Shown here: positions 9,801-19,997 of the stretch, one piece after another | How positions within the stretch are numbered: the first letter of the stretch is position 1 | Layout: the number at the start of each line of letters is the position of its first letter | From: Nemertoderma westbladi | Taxonomy: Eukaryota; Animalia; Xenacoelomorpha | DNA: 32,181 nt | NCBI GenBank assembly: GCA_032718475.1 | Contig: JAUCBJ010001081.1 | Span: 1-32,181, forward strand | Reading direction: 5' to 3' | Program-made: the position numbers and the translations under genes | Notes under the pieces: model-generated | Told to the model about the DNA's origin: nothing | The model's database searches: none | Seen by the model: only the letters and a program-made list of their open reading frames with translations

Positions 9801-12366
9801 GTCCAGCCCTTCTGGCTGCCAGAATCTTATGCAATTAGCTTTGCATGGTATCGAGTACGTTCTCGTTTACCTCGATGACGTCATACTGTATACCCGGGAA
9901 TGGGACACCCACGTAAGTACTATTATCATTCTATTACGTAGAATTATCGATCTCGGCTTGAAGCTCAAACCAAGTAAGTGCATGTTCGGGGCAACATCTG
10001 TAAAATTCCTAGGCCATGTGATAGATAGCTCAGGGCAGCATATGGACAAGGATAAGGTCCAAGCCATGGTTGATTTCCCGCGACCGGCCACTGCAAAGCA
10101 ACTTTATAGCTTCCTAGGATTATGTGGTTACTATAGGAAATTTATTAAGGATTATGGTAAGATTGTAGCTCCCTTGAACGTGTTGTTAAGGAAAAACCAA
10201 GAGTTCGTATGGACAAGCGATTGTGAGCAGGCTTTTACATTCCTTAAGAAACGCCTAATTAATAACCCTATTCTAGAACACCCTGATTTCGACCAGCCGT
10301 TTTACTTAGAGACTGACGCTAGCGGTATAGCTTTAGGAGCTGTTTTATATCAGGATGCGGGCGTAATCGCTTACTCATCGAGGTCGCTAAGCAACGCTGA
10401 GAGAAAGTGGTCCATTACGGAGCTAGAGGCTTTAGCCGTGGTCTGGGCAATGCAGAAACACAGGTTTTACCTCATTGGCCGCGCATTTACGTTAGTTTCG
10501 GATCATAAACCACTCAGTTGTTTACAGACCAAACTCGAACTTCCAGGGCGTTTGCAGCGATGGGCCGTTAAACTGTCTGAATTTAATTTCAATTTTGTTT
10601 ACAGGCCAGGCCGACTTAACCGCGCTGATTGTCTTTCTAGAATACCATTACAGGTAACCCCTGGCAACCAACGAGACGAAACCGTTTCTAATGAACCGGT
10701 TGCCATGGATACGTTACTTCCCCCTATGCATAATGACCCAGTCTCGTCAGATAATTATTGCTTGATAGGACTAGCCAATTTAGACCTACATAATGATAGC
10801 GATAGACCAAACGCTGTTGAGGTGGACCTAGACAATGGCGTGCAGCCGCCAAAACCTAATCCATGTGACATTCTAAGTTCCCCAGACAGACCCAACCACG
10901 ATAGTGACGTCACATACATTATCAATAATGACAATAATAATAATTGGACACTTCCGGGCGGCCAACAGTACTGCACATTGACTGCCTTGCGTAAGTTACA
11001 ATCAGAAGACAATAACTTACAGCCTATGATTGATACATTACTGGACACAGCTGTTACAATAGCCGATGCCGATGTGCGCAAATCGCTACACGAGTATCGT
11101 TACATGCTCAAGTTTAGAGCACAATATGTTATGGTTGACAATATACTCTGCCATTTATCAACAAGTAACGGTAAATCGAAGGTACAGATTGTAGTTCCTA
11201 AGTTACTAAGGCAACAAATTATATCCATGTGTCACGATGAAAAGTCTCACATGGGTATTGATAAAACGGTAGGTGCTATCCATATGAAGTATTATTGGGT
11301 AGGTATAAAGGATAATGTTAAGCAGCACATTCGTGAATGTGACCCATGCCAGCGTAGGAAGGGCGTCCCTCAGACCCAACCACTGTCACCTCTCCCAGTC
11401 GTTGAACGTGTCTTGCAACGCCTTTCAATTGATATTGTTAAAGGCTTCCAGACGTCATCTAAAGGTAACAAGGTTATCCTTACAGTAGTTGATCATCTTA
11501 CTCGTTACGCTTCCCTCCTCCCGTTACCAAATGAAGAAGCTGCTACCGTTGCCAGGGCTTTAGTGGATGGTATTTTTCTTATATACGGCGCCCCCGAGAG
11601 TTTATTAAGCGATAGGGGTAGTAATTTCACGTCTAATTTATTCAAGGAATTAACTGCAATGTTTGGTATTGTTTCCGTATTTACGTCGGTATACCACCCA
11701 GCTTGCAATGGTCTTACAGAACGCATTAACCAGTTAGCTGTAAACATGTTATCGTTGACAGCTACCAACCCGCATAATTGGGACGAGTTTATTCCCGCTG
11801 TTGCGTTTAATTATAATACTTCGATTCAGAGTACACTTAAGGAAACTCCTTTCTCTTTAATGTATGGGCGACAGGCGACAACTCAAGTAGACACGCAGAT
11901 AGCCCGGCCGTACAGCTTGCTAGCAGATGAAGCAACATTCGCAGACGAATTAAGGTTTCGTTTGGAGCGGGCCCATGGGATAGCCAGGGAAGCTCTTAGG
12001 CTTACACAGGTGAAACAGAAACAATACCACGACGGTAAGCTGGGGAAGCGCCAACGCAGTAACATTCGAACCTACACTAAGGGGCAGTCTGTATTATACT
12101 ATGATAGGACGACCAAAGGTAAGAATACGAAGCTGAGCTTCAGGTTTAGGGGTCCTTATGCTATTGTTGATCAGGTTGGTAAATCAAGTTATGCCATTAA
12201 ACTGTTGGGAAAATCGGGAAAACCAAATCCACGTTCTCGACTTATTATTGTAAATGTGAAGGACTTAAAACCATACTATAGGGAAGAAAGTAACTCCACG
12301 GGAGATGATACAGATAGGGGGAACGACAGTGCGGACGTCTACGACGGTGACGATAGCGACCTTTGA
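6844..12366 (+). CDS. Gypsy Gag-Pol polyprotein (1840 aa)
   Basis: CCHC knuckle CYNCGEPGHYSRNC; protease FLDSGS; RT WRFCVDLR, MPFGL, YLDD; RNase H ETDASG, ELEALA, SDHKPL; integrase H..H..CDPC, SIDIV, SDRGSNF, NGLTER; GPY motif. Confidence 0.98.
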   Translation: MPARRPERKQAGNFPTGKPSYRQKLRSASGSPHPDSTDEHSFLYKSSGAVSKLRRGSLSPSLHGSRQQRGSLNRSISGPPTTRQRDSSTAAPPTTRRRDSLTVAPSTTRRRDSPTVAPPTTRRRDSPTVAPPTTRRRDSPTVAPPTTRRRDSPTVAPPTTRRRDSPTVAPSTTRRRDSPTVAPPTTRRRDPTMESIRKEPDCFDGSGDFEAWNRSVQRIARLRGWKNDALGKIVPVYLTGRTARVLDELAEHEQENYDAIRDILRARFCPQDTSFVYNELLDRKQKVGETISEFSDIITSLGVQAFPGMSTEQRELLLLPIFYRGISPELARSIRLTEPRNFGEAVHRARREELYLRQENNGIFGCELGDRRDQSNRPREPPPSTRQTSYSKVSFSEQSPKQTDMSYLERQLKDLQLKLSNQTPNTSSYPRANYNNNYSRDNHGRGQNNWFDPNARWTGTSGTGNSRDSSNRGFTPRSNNYSSNSSVTCYNCGEPGHYSRNCTRPRTNTNSNPNRQYSNPNYNPNPNFNPNPNPNTNRDLNPNPAPMYTAVVSNKLDMHFPVRIENEDGEAFLDSGSHYSLIDFRKLPSGVQLRALDLPPISGIGGQVKPMGLATLQISVTSNFSVSLEVHVADLSCVGIPPFLLGLDFVSIACASIDFLDRCLVLTNQERVYFARLNTPSNAGNGKSTNPFCCFVSAIDKTTIPAGTQVRLAGKLYDNGLLAESVMIEPLVKSRGSYLTARSVVSNPLDGSGKVPVQLLNPNNYPVTIYRNQKIALYCTVDNDSFNKEVKQDSVERDIQREYLAKELPLDHLEPQQRTQLIDIATQHAAAFSLGDCDIGKTDLLEHRIPLKPEAKPFYTRPRTVPMGLRKEIDKQVGNMLAAGVIQPSNSEWGAPIILSKKKDGKWRFCVDLRRLNAAAVPQFWPLPRIDEMLSEIGTARPKYFTTLDFKSMFWQVPLAAEDTHKTAFVTHSGHYEFVRMPFGLQSSPSGCQNLMQLALHGIEYVLVYLDDVILYTREWDTHVSTIIILLRRIIDLGLKLKPSKCMFGATSVKFLGHVIDSSGQHMDKDKVQAMVDFPRPATAKQLYSFLGLCGYYRKFIKDYGKIVAPLNVLLRKNQEFVWTSDCEQAFTFLKKRLINNPILEHPDFDQPFYLETDASGIALGAVLYQDAGVIAYSSRSLSNAERKWSITELEALAVVWAMQKHRFYLIGRAFTLVSDHKPLSCLQTKLELPGRLQRWAVKLSEFNFNFVYRPGRLNRADCLSRIPLQVTPGNQRDETVSNEPVAMDTLLPPMHNDPVSSDNYCLIGLANLDLHNDSDRPNAVEVDLDNGVQPPKPNPCDILSSPDRPNHDSDVTYIINNDNNNNWTLPGGQQYCTLTALRKLQSEDNNLQPMIDTLLDTAVTIADADVRKSLHEYRYMLKFRAQYVMVDNILCHLSTSNGKSKVQIVVPKLLRQQIISMCHDEKSHMGIDKTVGAIHMKYYWVGIKDNVKQHIRECDPCQRRKGVPQTQPLSPLPVVERVLQRLSIDIVKGFQTSSKGNKVILTVVDHLTRYASLLPLPNEEAATVARALVDGIFLIYGAPESLLSDRGSNFTSNLFKELTAMFGIVSVFTSVYHPACNGLTERINQLAVNMLSLTATNPHNWDEFIPAVAFNYNTSIQSTLKETPFSLMYGRQATTQVDTQIARPYSLLADEATFADELRFRLERAHGIAREALRLTQVKQKQYHDGKLGKRQRSNIRTYTKGQSVLYYDRTTKGKNTKLSFRFRGPYAIVDQVGKSSYAIKLLGKSGKPNPRSRLIIVNVKDLKPYYREESNSTGDDTDRGNDSADVYDGDDSDL
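7078..7419 (+). repeat. 39-bp coding tandem repeat (TVAPPTTRRRDSP), about 9 units, upstream of the Gag core
   Basis: Unit gttgctccgccgactactcgacgacgagattctccaaca. Confidence 0.95.
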
Positions 12367-13148
12367 CCGTTGACGCAAATTATAGAGACGTAGTCGATGT
12401 GACTTGACTGTTTGCTGGTTACCATGGCTACATAGATAAATTGCATTTATTAACAATGAATAACTTTTGTTTGGAAAAAAATTGTTATCCTGAATTATTT
12501 AGATATTGTGATTTTTTTTAAATTCCGTTCCATTGCTCGGCTCTCACCCGTTATTCGCCCACGAGATATTTTGTGCCTCAGTTATGTACATTTTGTAGAG
12601 TATTCTCTATTCTGTATGTATTATTATTTACCTTATGTACATAACTCCAACATATATATTTTTTTGTATATTTTTGTTACGTCATTACGTATTATTATTA
12701 CATAAGATACGGATAGATAGATACTGTATGGATGGATACATGTTTATGATAGATACTGTATGGATACATTTTCATGTGATAGATACACGTATTAATTATT
12801 TACTTATATAGCCTTTATTTATTGTGGCAGTGACACATTTTATGGATTGTACTATGGTCGGTTACTTACGGTGCGATTTATAGATTGCAATTATGCTTGA
12901 TATAGTGTTATTTGGTTACTCATTGAGTTGTACGTGTTATTCTTTAGTCATACTGGCTTACGATACATGCAGCACGAAATTTCGATTTAGATATTATTGG
13001 CCTTAGGCTAGTTGAATGTATTGTTGGTATCGTGCTTCATATACAGTATCTATACTGCCGTTGAGGTAGACTTTACTTGTTGATGTAGTCATTAGACTTG
13101 GCGTTTGTAGTTTGTGCGTTCTAGAAACTCGTGGGCGAGTTTTTTTTT

Positions 13149-13160
13149 AAGAAGGGGGGA
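13149..13160 (+). other. Polypurine tract
   Basis: aagaagggggga directly before the 3' LTR, preceded by a T run. Confidence 0.9.
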
Positions 13161-13574
13161 TGTGATATTGTATTATGGGATGGTGTATTATTGGACTGAT
13201 TAGTATGTATTGTATAGGTTAAGTAGGTATGATATAGTAGTATCTTGTTAGCACCTAGGGTGTGAACAGAACAGCTGGTTGTACGGTAGTTGTCAGGGAT
13301 ATAGTCCTGGGGGCAGGGCGCAGTCAGCAGTTATCATTCAGTTTAGTTATTGAGATGACTTACCGGTGTAGGGTTGTCAGTCATGTTTTGTAGGTAGTTC
13401 GTTATTAGTTTCATTGTCTGATTGTATCATATCATTATTTGTTATTCATGTATCTCAATACACAATATACTGATATACTGCAGCTAGTTTCACTTCAGTC
13501 TTCTCCAGCTCACCCCTCGAGCGGGATAGTGCGTGGCCGTGGATCCGGGACCGGGCGCCGATAGCGCTTCCACA
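13161..13574 (+). repeat. 3' LTR (414 bp)
   Basis: Matches 6243-6656. Confidence 0.97.
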
Positions 13575-16500
13575 CTACGTAGTTTTTTCCGCAGCTTTTC
13601 AGTAATATTCGGTACCCAGGCAACAGCACAGTATGTATAAATCGGTAAAATATATGTGTTAAAAATGAATATAGCCGTTCTCTCAGTTAAAAATCGAACT
13701 ATAAAGCTAAATTGTCGCACTGAGTAATTAGCTTTATGAACAACGTGATTGACATGCTGGTTCCACGATAAATCTTGGGAAATAAATACACCTAAATATT
13801 TTACCGCTGTGGGACGTGGAACACATTTACCATCAATTACAATACGTGATGCAGAAATATCAAGCAGTAGCTCATTTTGTAAGTTTCGAGGTATGAAGCA
13901 AAGCTCCTCTGACTTCTTAGGATTAATCTTTAAATTTTTCTCAATAGATCTTTCGATTATATTTGCAATCGTATTTTCATATACTAAGTTATCTGACCAA
14001 TTTGTAATCGCTTTTTGGGTCCGCGTGTCATCGGAATATTTCGCTATAGAATTGTCTGTGGATTTAATATCATCTGTATTTTTCGTAAATAAAGGTCCGC
14101 TCATGGGCCCGCCTTGAGGGAAACCGACTGTCACTGCTTGCTCAGCCGACATTACCGTTCCTGATTTAACGATTTGTCGAAAGTTATTCATATAAGAATG
14201 AATCCAGGTTGCTAGCCATTTATATTCTGGGGATAACTCGTTCAACAGTTTATTTAGAAACTTGCGCTGAAGAACCGTATTGAACGCTGAAGAGTAGTCT
14301 ATGAAAATGCATTTTGCTATTGTTGATGGTGTGTCCAATGCAGATGAAATTTGATGGATTAAAGTAATTACTGCATCTGCCGTTGATCGATTCTTTTTAT
14401 AAGCGAATTGGCAATTATCGTCTGATAATTCAGTAGCCATTCGAAACATCTCAAGTGCAAGCTTGTCTATACCGCGAGCACTAATTGGAGAAACACATAC
14501 CGGTCGAAATGTTTTCATGTCTTCTATAGTTGAATCTTTACTCTTAGCCAACGATGACACATATGCCTTTTTCCATTCCAGGGGATACTTTTGTGACTGG
14601 AAGCTCTGTGTGTACATAGTGGCGTAGGGGATGCTAAGTTCCCTCGCAAAAGTTTTGTAGATGGATGCGTCCGCTATCCCAGGTCCGCAAGCTGTCTTCG
14701 CATCCAAAACTCTAAATTTGTCCTCCACCTGTTTCGGAGTAATTACTGTTTCGTTGGGATATATTGTTCCAGAAAACACATCGTCATCCTTTGGAGTATC
14801 TTCATTAAATCTAACAAAAAATTTGCTCAATTTTTCAACTTCATCTTCGTTGAAACTAGTTTTTAATCGCTTGCCCTTTAAAGGCAACTGACAACAAGCA
14901 TATAATTCCGTTTTCGTCATCGAACGAAAACTCTTCTGTCTGCTATTGAGAACCAATCGGTTTATCTTTCGTTGAATCCCATTTCGAAGTGCTTTATCAC
15001 CGTTTCGAATTGCTTTCAATTTGTCCTTTAACAATGGTTTTAATTCAACTATTGGCATTCTAGAAGTAGCGGATATTACCTTTTTCCTTTTTACTGGAAG
15101 ATTTTCATCTATTACAAATTTAATGTATGATTCAGTTTGATCCACTGATGTACTAACATCATCATCTCTGAAAATACTCCAATCCGTTTCCTCAAAGATT
15201 TGACGAACTCTATCCATGTTTTCATTTGTAGCACTCAAATTCCGCGATAAACGAGTTTGGACTCTACGTTTATAAAGATTTTCGCAATTTTCCAGCGGTT
15301 CAAGGTAAATAGAATAATGATCAGGGCCAATAGGTGCCCCCACAATACAGTTGTAGACATCTCTGTTAGACACATACGCAATATCCAATTGTGAATTAGC
15401 GGGAATGAAAGTAGGCTGTTCCACCAGGTTATGAAGGTTGATTGATTCTAGGTAGCCTAACTTACTCTTATTGATGTCGCCAACAGCAATTAAAAACCCA
15501 CGGGGATGCAGACGCATAATCGTTGAGAAAATCTTTCTCAGTTCTTTACGAGTGACAGGCCACTTAGCCTGCGGTCTAATATAGATGTTAATAATTATCA
15601 CACACGAATACACCGACGGCAGAAATCTGGGTCGACAGGCAATTGCCAACAATTCCATGTCTGGCAGTGATACACTTCCGATAACCGCTGGTTTATTAGG
15701 GCACCACGATTTACTTGTGTATGTAAGAAGTCCACCTCCCCCCTTTTCTTTAGTAAAATTTTCGATTTTTCTGTCCAATCTTTCGAAGTGATAATCCTCA
15801 ATGACAATACTACCATCGGAAATATTCTTGTCTAGCTTTGTTTCTTGGATTGCGACTATAGAGTAGCCAGTTAAAAACACCATTTCTTTAAGCAAATGTA
15901 TCTTTGACGCAAAATGGAAAACATTGCTTGATATTATATATGGAAACGATTGTTTGCTGTTGTTCTGGGTATTTGGTTTACATTTCGGCGACGCGGTTGC
16001 GCCCGCCGGAGTAGTGGCCGACGTAGTGGCACCCGCAGGAGTCATGGCCGACTCAGTAGCGCCCGCCGGAGTCGTGGGCGACGCAGTGACGCCCGCCGGA
16101 GTCGTGGGCGATGCAGTGACGCCCGCCGGAGTCGTGGGTGACGCAGTGGCACCCGCAGGAGTAGTGGCCGACGCAGTGGGGCCAACCAGAGTCATGGGCG
16201 ACGCAGTGGCGCCCGCAGGAGTCGTGGCCGATGCAGTAGCGCCCGCCGGAGTCGTGGGCGACGCAGTGATGCCCGCTGGAGTCGTGGGCGATGCAGTGAC
16301 GCCCGCCGGAGTCGTGGGTGACGCAGTGGCACCCGCAGGAGTAGTGGCCGACGCAGTGGGGCCAACCAGAGTCATGGGCGACGCAGTGGCGCCCGCAGGA
16401 GTCGTGGCCGATGCAGTAGCGCCCGCCGGAGTCGTGGGCGACGCAGTGATGCCCGCCGGAGTCGTGGGCGATGCAGGGGCGCCCGCCGGAGTCGTGGGCG

Positions 16501-17146
16501 ACGCAGTTGCGCCCGCAGGAGTCGTAGCCGACACAGTAGCGCCCGCCGGAGTCATGGGCGACGCAGTGACGCACGCCGGAGTCATGGGCGATGCAGTGAC
16601 GCCCGCCGGAGTCGTGGGCGACACAGTGGCGCCCGCAGGAGTAGTGGCCGACGCAGTGGCGCCAACCAGAGTCATGGGTGACGCAGTGGCGCCCGCAGGA
16701 GTCGTAGCCGACGCAGTAGCACCCGCCGGAGTCATGGGCGATGCAGGGGCGCCCGCCGGAGTCGTGGGCAACGCAGTGGCGCCCGCAGGAGTCGTGGCCG
16801 ATGCAGTAGCGCCCGCCGGAGTCATGGGTGATGCAGTGACAACCACCGGAGTCATGGGCGACGCAGTGGCACCCGCTAGAGTAGTGGGGGACATAGTGGC
16901 GCCCACCGTAGTCGTGGGAGACGCAGTGGTGCCCACCGGAGTCGTGGGCGCCGCAGTGGCGCCCGCAGGAATAGTGGCCGACGCAGTAGCGCCCGCCGGA
17001 GTTGTGGGCGACGCAGTGACGCCCGCCGAAGTCATGGGCGATGCAGTGGCGCCCACTGGAGTAGTGGGGGACATAGTGGTGCCTGCCGTAGTCGTGGGTG
17101 ATGCAGTGGCACCAGCCAGAGTCATGGGCGATGCAGTGGCGCCCAC
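13575..17146 (-). CDS. LINE ORF2 (repeat + AP endonuclease + reverse transcriptase), interrupted at 13575 by Gypsy
   Basis: APE: SNV, AIQETKL, GGGGLLTY, GDIN, LDIAY, DHYSI. RT: QFAYKKNRST, DYSSAFNTV, GFPQGGPMSGPLF, KYSDD, KYLGV. The last ~28 codons of the track ORF (to 13490) are antisense LTR read-through. Confidence 0.93.
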
Positions 17147-17165
17147 CGGAGTCGTTGGCGACGCA
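15985..17165 (-). repeat. GC-rich 30-bp tandem array (about 39 units, TTPAGATASP) at the ORF2 N-terminus
   Basis: Unit gcccgccggagtcgtgggcgacgcagtg(a/g)c; 16141-16260 is identical to 16321-16440 (180-bp period). Confidence 0.96.
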
Positions 17166-17176
17166 GCAACAAGTAG

Positions 17177-18334
17177 TCAATCCAACGCTTCCGCAGGAAT
17201 AACATTGGCGTTACTGTCGTTGGGCTGAGTGCTATTGTTTGTGGGGCGCTTTGGCAGTGTTGCTACATCGCGTACTTCATCGCCATAAATAACCCACTTT
17301 TTGGACTGGTCGGAAGCTGTAAGAGCGCGACGTTTCTGACGTAGACTGAAACGCAATGCTGCCTCTTCAGGAGTATAATCGGGAGAGATATAGACTGTAG
17401 AGAACCGCTGCGATAGACGAAGATTTTTTGCGCGTTTAATGAGTTCGGCCCTCTTATCAGAGGGCAGGGTGACGACTATTCGTGGGGCTATACCTACTAC
17501 AGTTTTACCGACTTGCCGGTGTGTCAAATCACGCTCGCTAATCGACACGTTAAGTTCGGCCGCTATTTCCCGAATAGTTTTATCTGTTTCCGCATGGGGG
17601 GACGACGGTAAACCGCTGATTGTAATATTGTTTTTTCGGCGATCATGCTCAGAGTTCTCATGTCTGATCCTCTGAGAAAGTAGAGCTACGTTATCCTGTG
17701 TACTCGTTCCTCTAGTCCTCGGTGTTGCATGGCGCCTTTTGGAAGAAAAAACTTTTTTCCATTGCCCGTTATAGTCTGCCTCAGCAGATTTCTGGGAAAA
17801 CTGTACGTTTTGGTTATCAACTTCAATGATACTCTCACACTCACTGCTGTTATCACGGGAAACTGCATGCGAATCCACTACTTCCTGCAGGGTTTCCAGT
17901 TTATCCTCGAGCTCTGTGCGATGATCGGTTACCCTACTATTAAGAGTACCTAGACGAGTTTCTGTATTATTAATTTTCTCGGAGAGCCGAGAGATCTCTT
18001 CCTTAAGTTTACTAATCGTATCAGCATTGTCAGTGATTCTACAGACGTGTTTGGCGACGCACTTCCCACAATAGAATTCTACGCTGCCGAAATCAACGCC
18101 GGGTGCTGTGATACATATCATTGCAATATCACAGCTGGAACCAGAGCATTGAACCTCTATTTCGTGCAGGCCATCAGCGCGAGGCGGAGTTTCCTGAGTC
18201 TGAACGTTTCCGACAGTATCCTTTTGGCCAGAACGGGTAACGGTAGTCTTGCCATTAACGGGTCTCCCGTCCAAAGTTTGTCGCCTTATCGTCTGATACG
18301 GTGTGGATAACCTTCGCGATGTCATAGCTAACAA
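17177..18334 (-). CDS. LINE ORF1 (partial PHD-like Cys cluster, coiled coil, RRM/CTD-like region)
   Basis: CSGSSC...FYCGKC, heptad-rich LKEEISRLSEKINNTETRLGTL, RRKNNITISGLP, VYISPDYTPEE; first ATG at 18325. Confidence 0.85.
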   Translation of the reverse strand: MLAMTSRRLSTPYQTIRRQTLDGRPVNGKTTVTRSGQKDTVGNVQTQETPPRADGLHEIEVQCSGSSCDIAMICITAPGVDFGSVEFYCGKCVAKHVCRITDNADTISKLKEEISRLSEKINNTETRLGTLNSRVTDHRTELEDKLETLQEVVDSHAVSRDNSSECESIIEVDNQNVQFSQKSAEADYNGQWKKVFSSKRRHATPRTRGTSTQDNVALLSQRIRHENSEHDRRKNNITISGLPSSPHAETDKTIREIAAELNVSISERDLTHRQVGKTVVGIAPRIVVTLPSDKRAELIKRAKNLRLSQRFSTVYISPDYTPEEAALRFSLRQKRRALTASDQSKKWVIYGDEVRDVATLPKRPTNNSTQPNDSNANVIPAEALD

Positions 18335-18447
18335 ATATCATCAATAAATAAACCAAAAAAAATACTATTCAACTAAGGGATATAATATTCAATATAATGT
18401 ACATGTCATAATGTACATATATTGTTGTATGCATATAATGTATATAT

Positions 18448-18507
18448 GTTTATATTACATATTATATAATATTGTTTTTATTTATAACATTTGTACCTAG
18501 GCAATTA
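18448..18507. repeat. 60-bp direct repeat, copy 2
   Basis: Identical to 5469-5528. Confidence 0.9.
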
Positions 18508-18713
18508 AATGTATGTCATGTGTCCCGTAATTTAACTACTGTATATGGATACAAACTCTTATGACACTAATAAACAATACCAATCTAACAATGCCTATAT
18601 AATATTAATGAACGTAGTTACAGAATTAGTTACCAAATAAAATATATATTTCGAGCAATTCTTATACAAGGACGGATTTCAGTACTAAAATATATTATAT
18701 TAAATTTAGTTGT

Positions 18714-19997
18714 TTATTTGATTTGACTAAGTTTCAATAGCAAAGCGTCTTGTATTGTTTTGGCTATCCCCAACTGAGACAGTACTTCTCTAGGATTCTC
18801 AACCTCTTCCAATATATCTCTAAATGTATCGATTTCCTCTTTGCTGAGACCGGCAATGGCCTCGTCGGTTCTTTTGCTTATCTCGTTTCTAATTCTCGTC
18901 GTTTCCCCGACAAGTCTCTCAGATTCTTGTGTAAACTCGATCTCCGATTGGCCAGCGGATCCCCGCTGGTTAGTTTCTGTCGCATTGAGTTTATTCGCTT
19001 TCTCTTTCGCCATTAATCTTTCGGTTTTGTCGAAGTACCAGACTGTAAGCGCGTACCTACCCCTGTCTCCCCGTGTTGGGTGTACTTCGTGCGGGTTTCG
19101 CCTATCCGACCAGAACATTAAGAGTCTGTTTAACTCCGGTTCAACATCTACGTAACTATTCGGTTCGGACGAGGGAAATATTCGTAAATTTCCCCCGCAC
19201 GTTTCGCTGTTCCAGTTGGCGTTGAGGTAAACGATCATGGTTAGCCGACGGCCATCTTCGTTGGGATTGTCCACATGATTGATATACCCCGCGGTGTTGC
19301 TAGGATACAACGCAACCATAGCCTTAGTTCGTGACGTAATTTCACTATCTGAGTCCACCCAGCGGAGGTTCAATGCATTAATTATTCCGTCCATATGGTT
19401 GATTAATTGATTGATCCCATTGCATTGCTCTTTCATTGGTTCGTACCAATAGATGTAATCAGATCGAATGGTTTCATTTACTATTTTTAATTCTTTGGTT
19501 TCTCCAGTTACACCCCCATTCAGCTTCCCTTTATTAAATGATTTGACCGCCTCTAAATCCTTAATATCTTTCAAAACTTCATTTATCTTATTAAATTCTA
19601 AAAAGTGATCAATAACAAAATACCCCTTACTGCGAAGGCCATAGTCTATTGAAGCTGCCAAGGCAACATCGTTATCACATTGTCTGCGTTTCGGCGGACT
19701 TATTAGTTTAAGCGCTCTCGGATCGTACGACAAGTTCTCTGTGGAGTTCGTAGCTCCATCTAGCGGGTTGTTCTGTATTTTATCTGTAATATTTTCCTCT
19801 CCCCCATGTGTGGCACCCTCTACCGGCGTAATTGAGTTTTGGAGCCGTTGATTTTTATTTTTTGGTTCGCATTCGACTTTGTGCGAGGGCCAATGTTTTA
19901 CCTGATGTTCCCTGCAGCAGTAGTAGTTCAATTTACACCGCGAGCACACCCGCATGGAGTTGGAAACAGCCTGGCACTGAGAACAAGTGTACATCAC
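18714..19997 (-). CDS. EGLN1: Egl-9/EGLN (PHD) HIF prolyl-4-hydroxylase with N-terminal MYND zinc finger; single-exon ORF
   Basis: MYND CSQC...CSRC...YCCREHQVKHWPSHKVEC; catalytic RSDYIYW, RTKAMVALYP, HVDNPNEDGR, YLN, FWSDRRNPHEV, RYALTVWYFD. Confidence 0.95.
   Translation of the reverse strand: MMYTCSQCQAVSNSMRVCSRCKLNYYCCREHQVKHWPSHKVECEPKNKNQRLQNSITPVEGATHGGEENITDKIQNNPLDGATNSTENLSYDPRALKLISPPKRRQCDNDVALAASIDYGLRSKGYFVIDHFLEFNKINEVLKDIKDLEAVKSFNKGKLNGGVTGETKELKIVNETIRSDYIYWYEPMKEQCNGINQLINHMDGIINALNLRWVDSDSEITSRTKAMVALYPSNTAGYINHVDNPNEDGRRLTMIVYLNANWNSETCGGNLRIFPSSEPNSYVDVEPELNRLLMFWSDRRNPHEVHPTRGDRGRYALTVWYFDKTERLMAKEKANKLNATETNQRGSAGQSEIEFTQESERLVGETTRIRNEISKRTDEAIAGLSKEEIDTFRDILEEVENPREVLSQLGIAKTIQDALLLKLSQIK

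Larger units (their letters stand above)
6243..13574 (+). mobile_element. Complete Ty3/Gypsy LTR retrotransposon (7332 bp)
   Basis: TG...CA LTRs, 4-bp TSD CTAC (6239-6242 / 13575-13578), PBS, PPT, single gag-pol ORF in PR-RT-RH-IN order. Confidence 0.98.
5529..18447 (-). mobile_element. Apparently full-length two-ORF LINE, Rex1/Babar-like (CR1/L2 group), interrupted by a Gypsy element
   Basis: ORF1 plus APE-RT ORF2, (AAT)n-like 3' tail at about 5529-5544, flanking 60-bp direct repeat. CRPRFLP...INIYIRPQA, FIDYSSAFNTV and HPLH...RNSFIPTALRFLN resemble Rex1/Babar ORF2 motifs. Confidence 0.85.

Noticed and set aside
12367-13148. env gene in the ~780-bp Gypsy 3' region
   Set aside because: AT-rich with short repeats and only a 65-aa non-ATG frame
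15924-17228. 434-aa plus-strand VGDAVAPAGV protein and 375-aa HDSGGRHC protein (antifreeze- or metallothionein-like)
   Set aside because: Alternative frames of the same stop-poor 30-bp array; only the ORF2 frame links to a real domain
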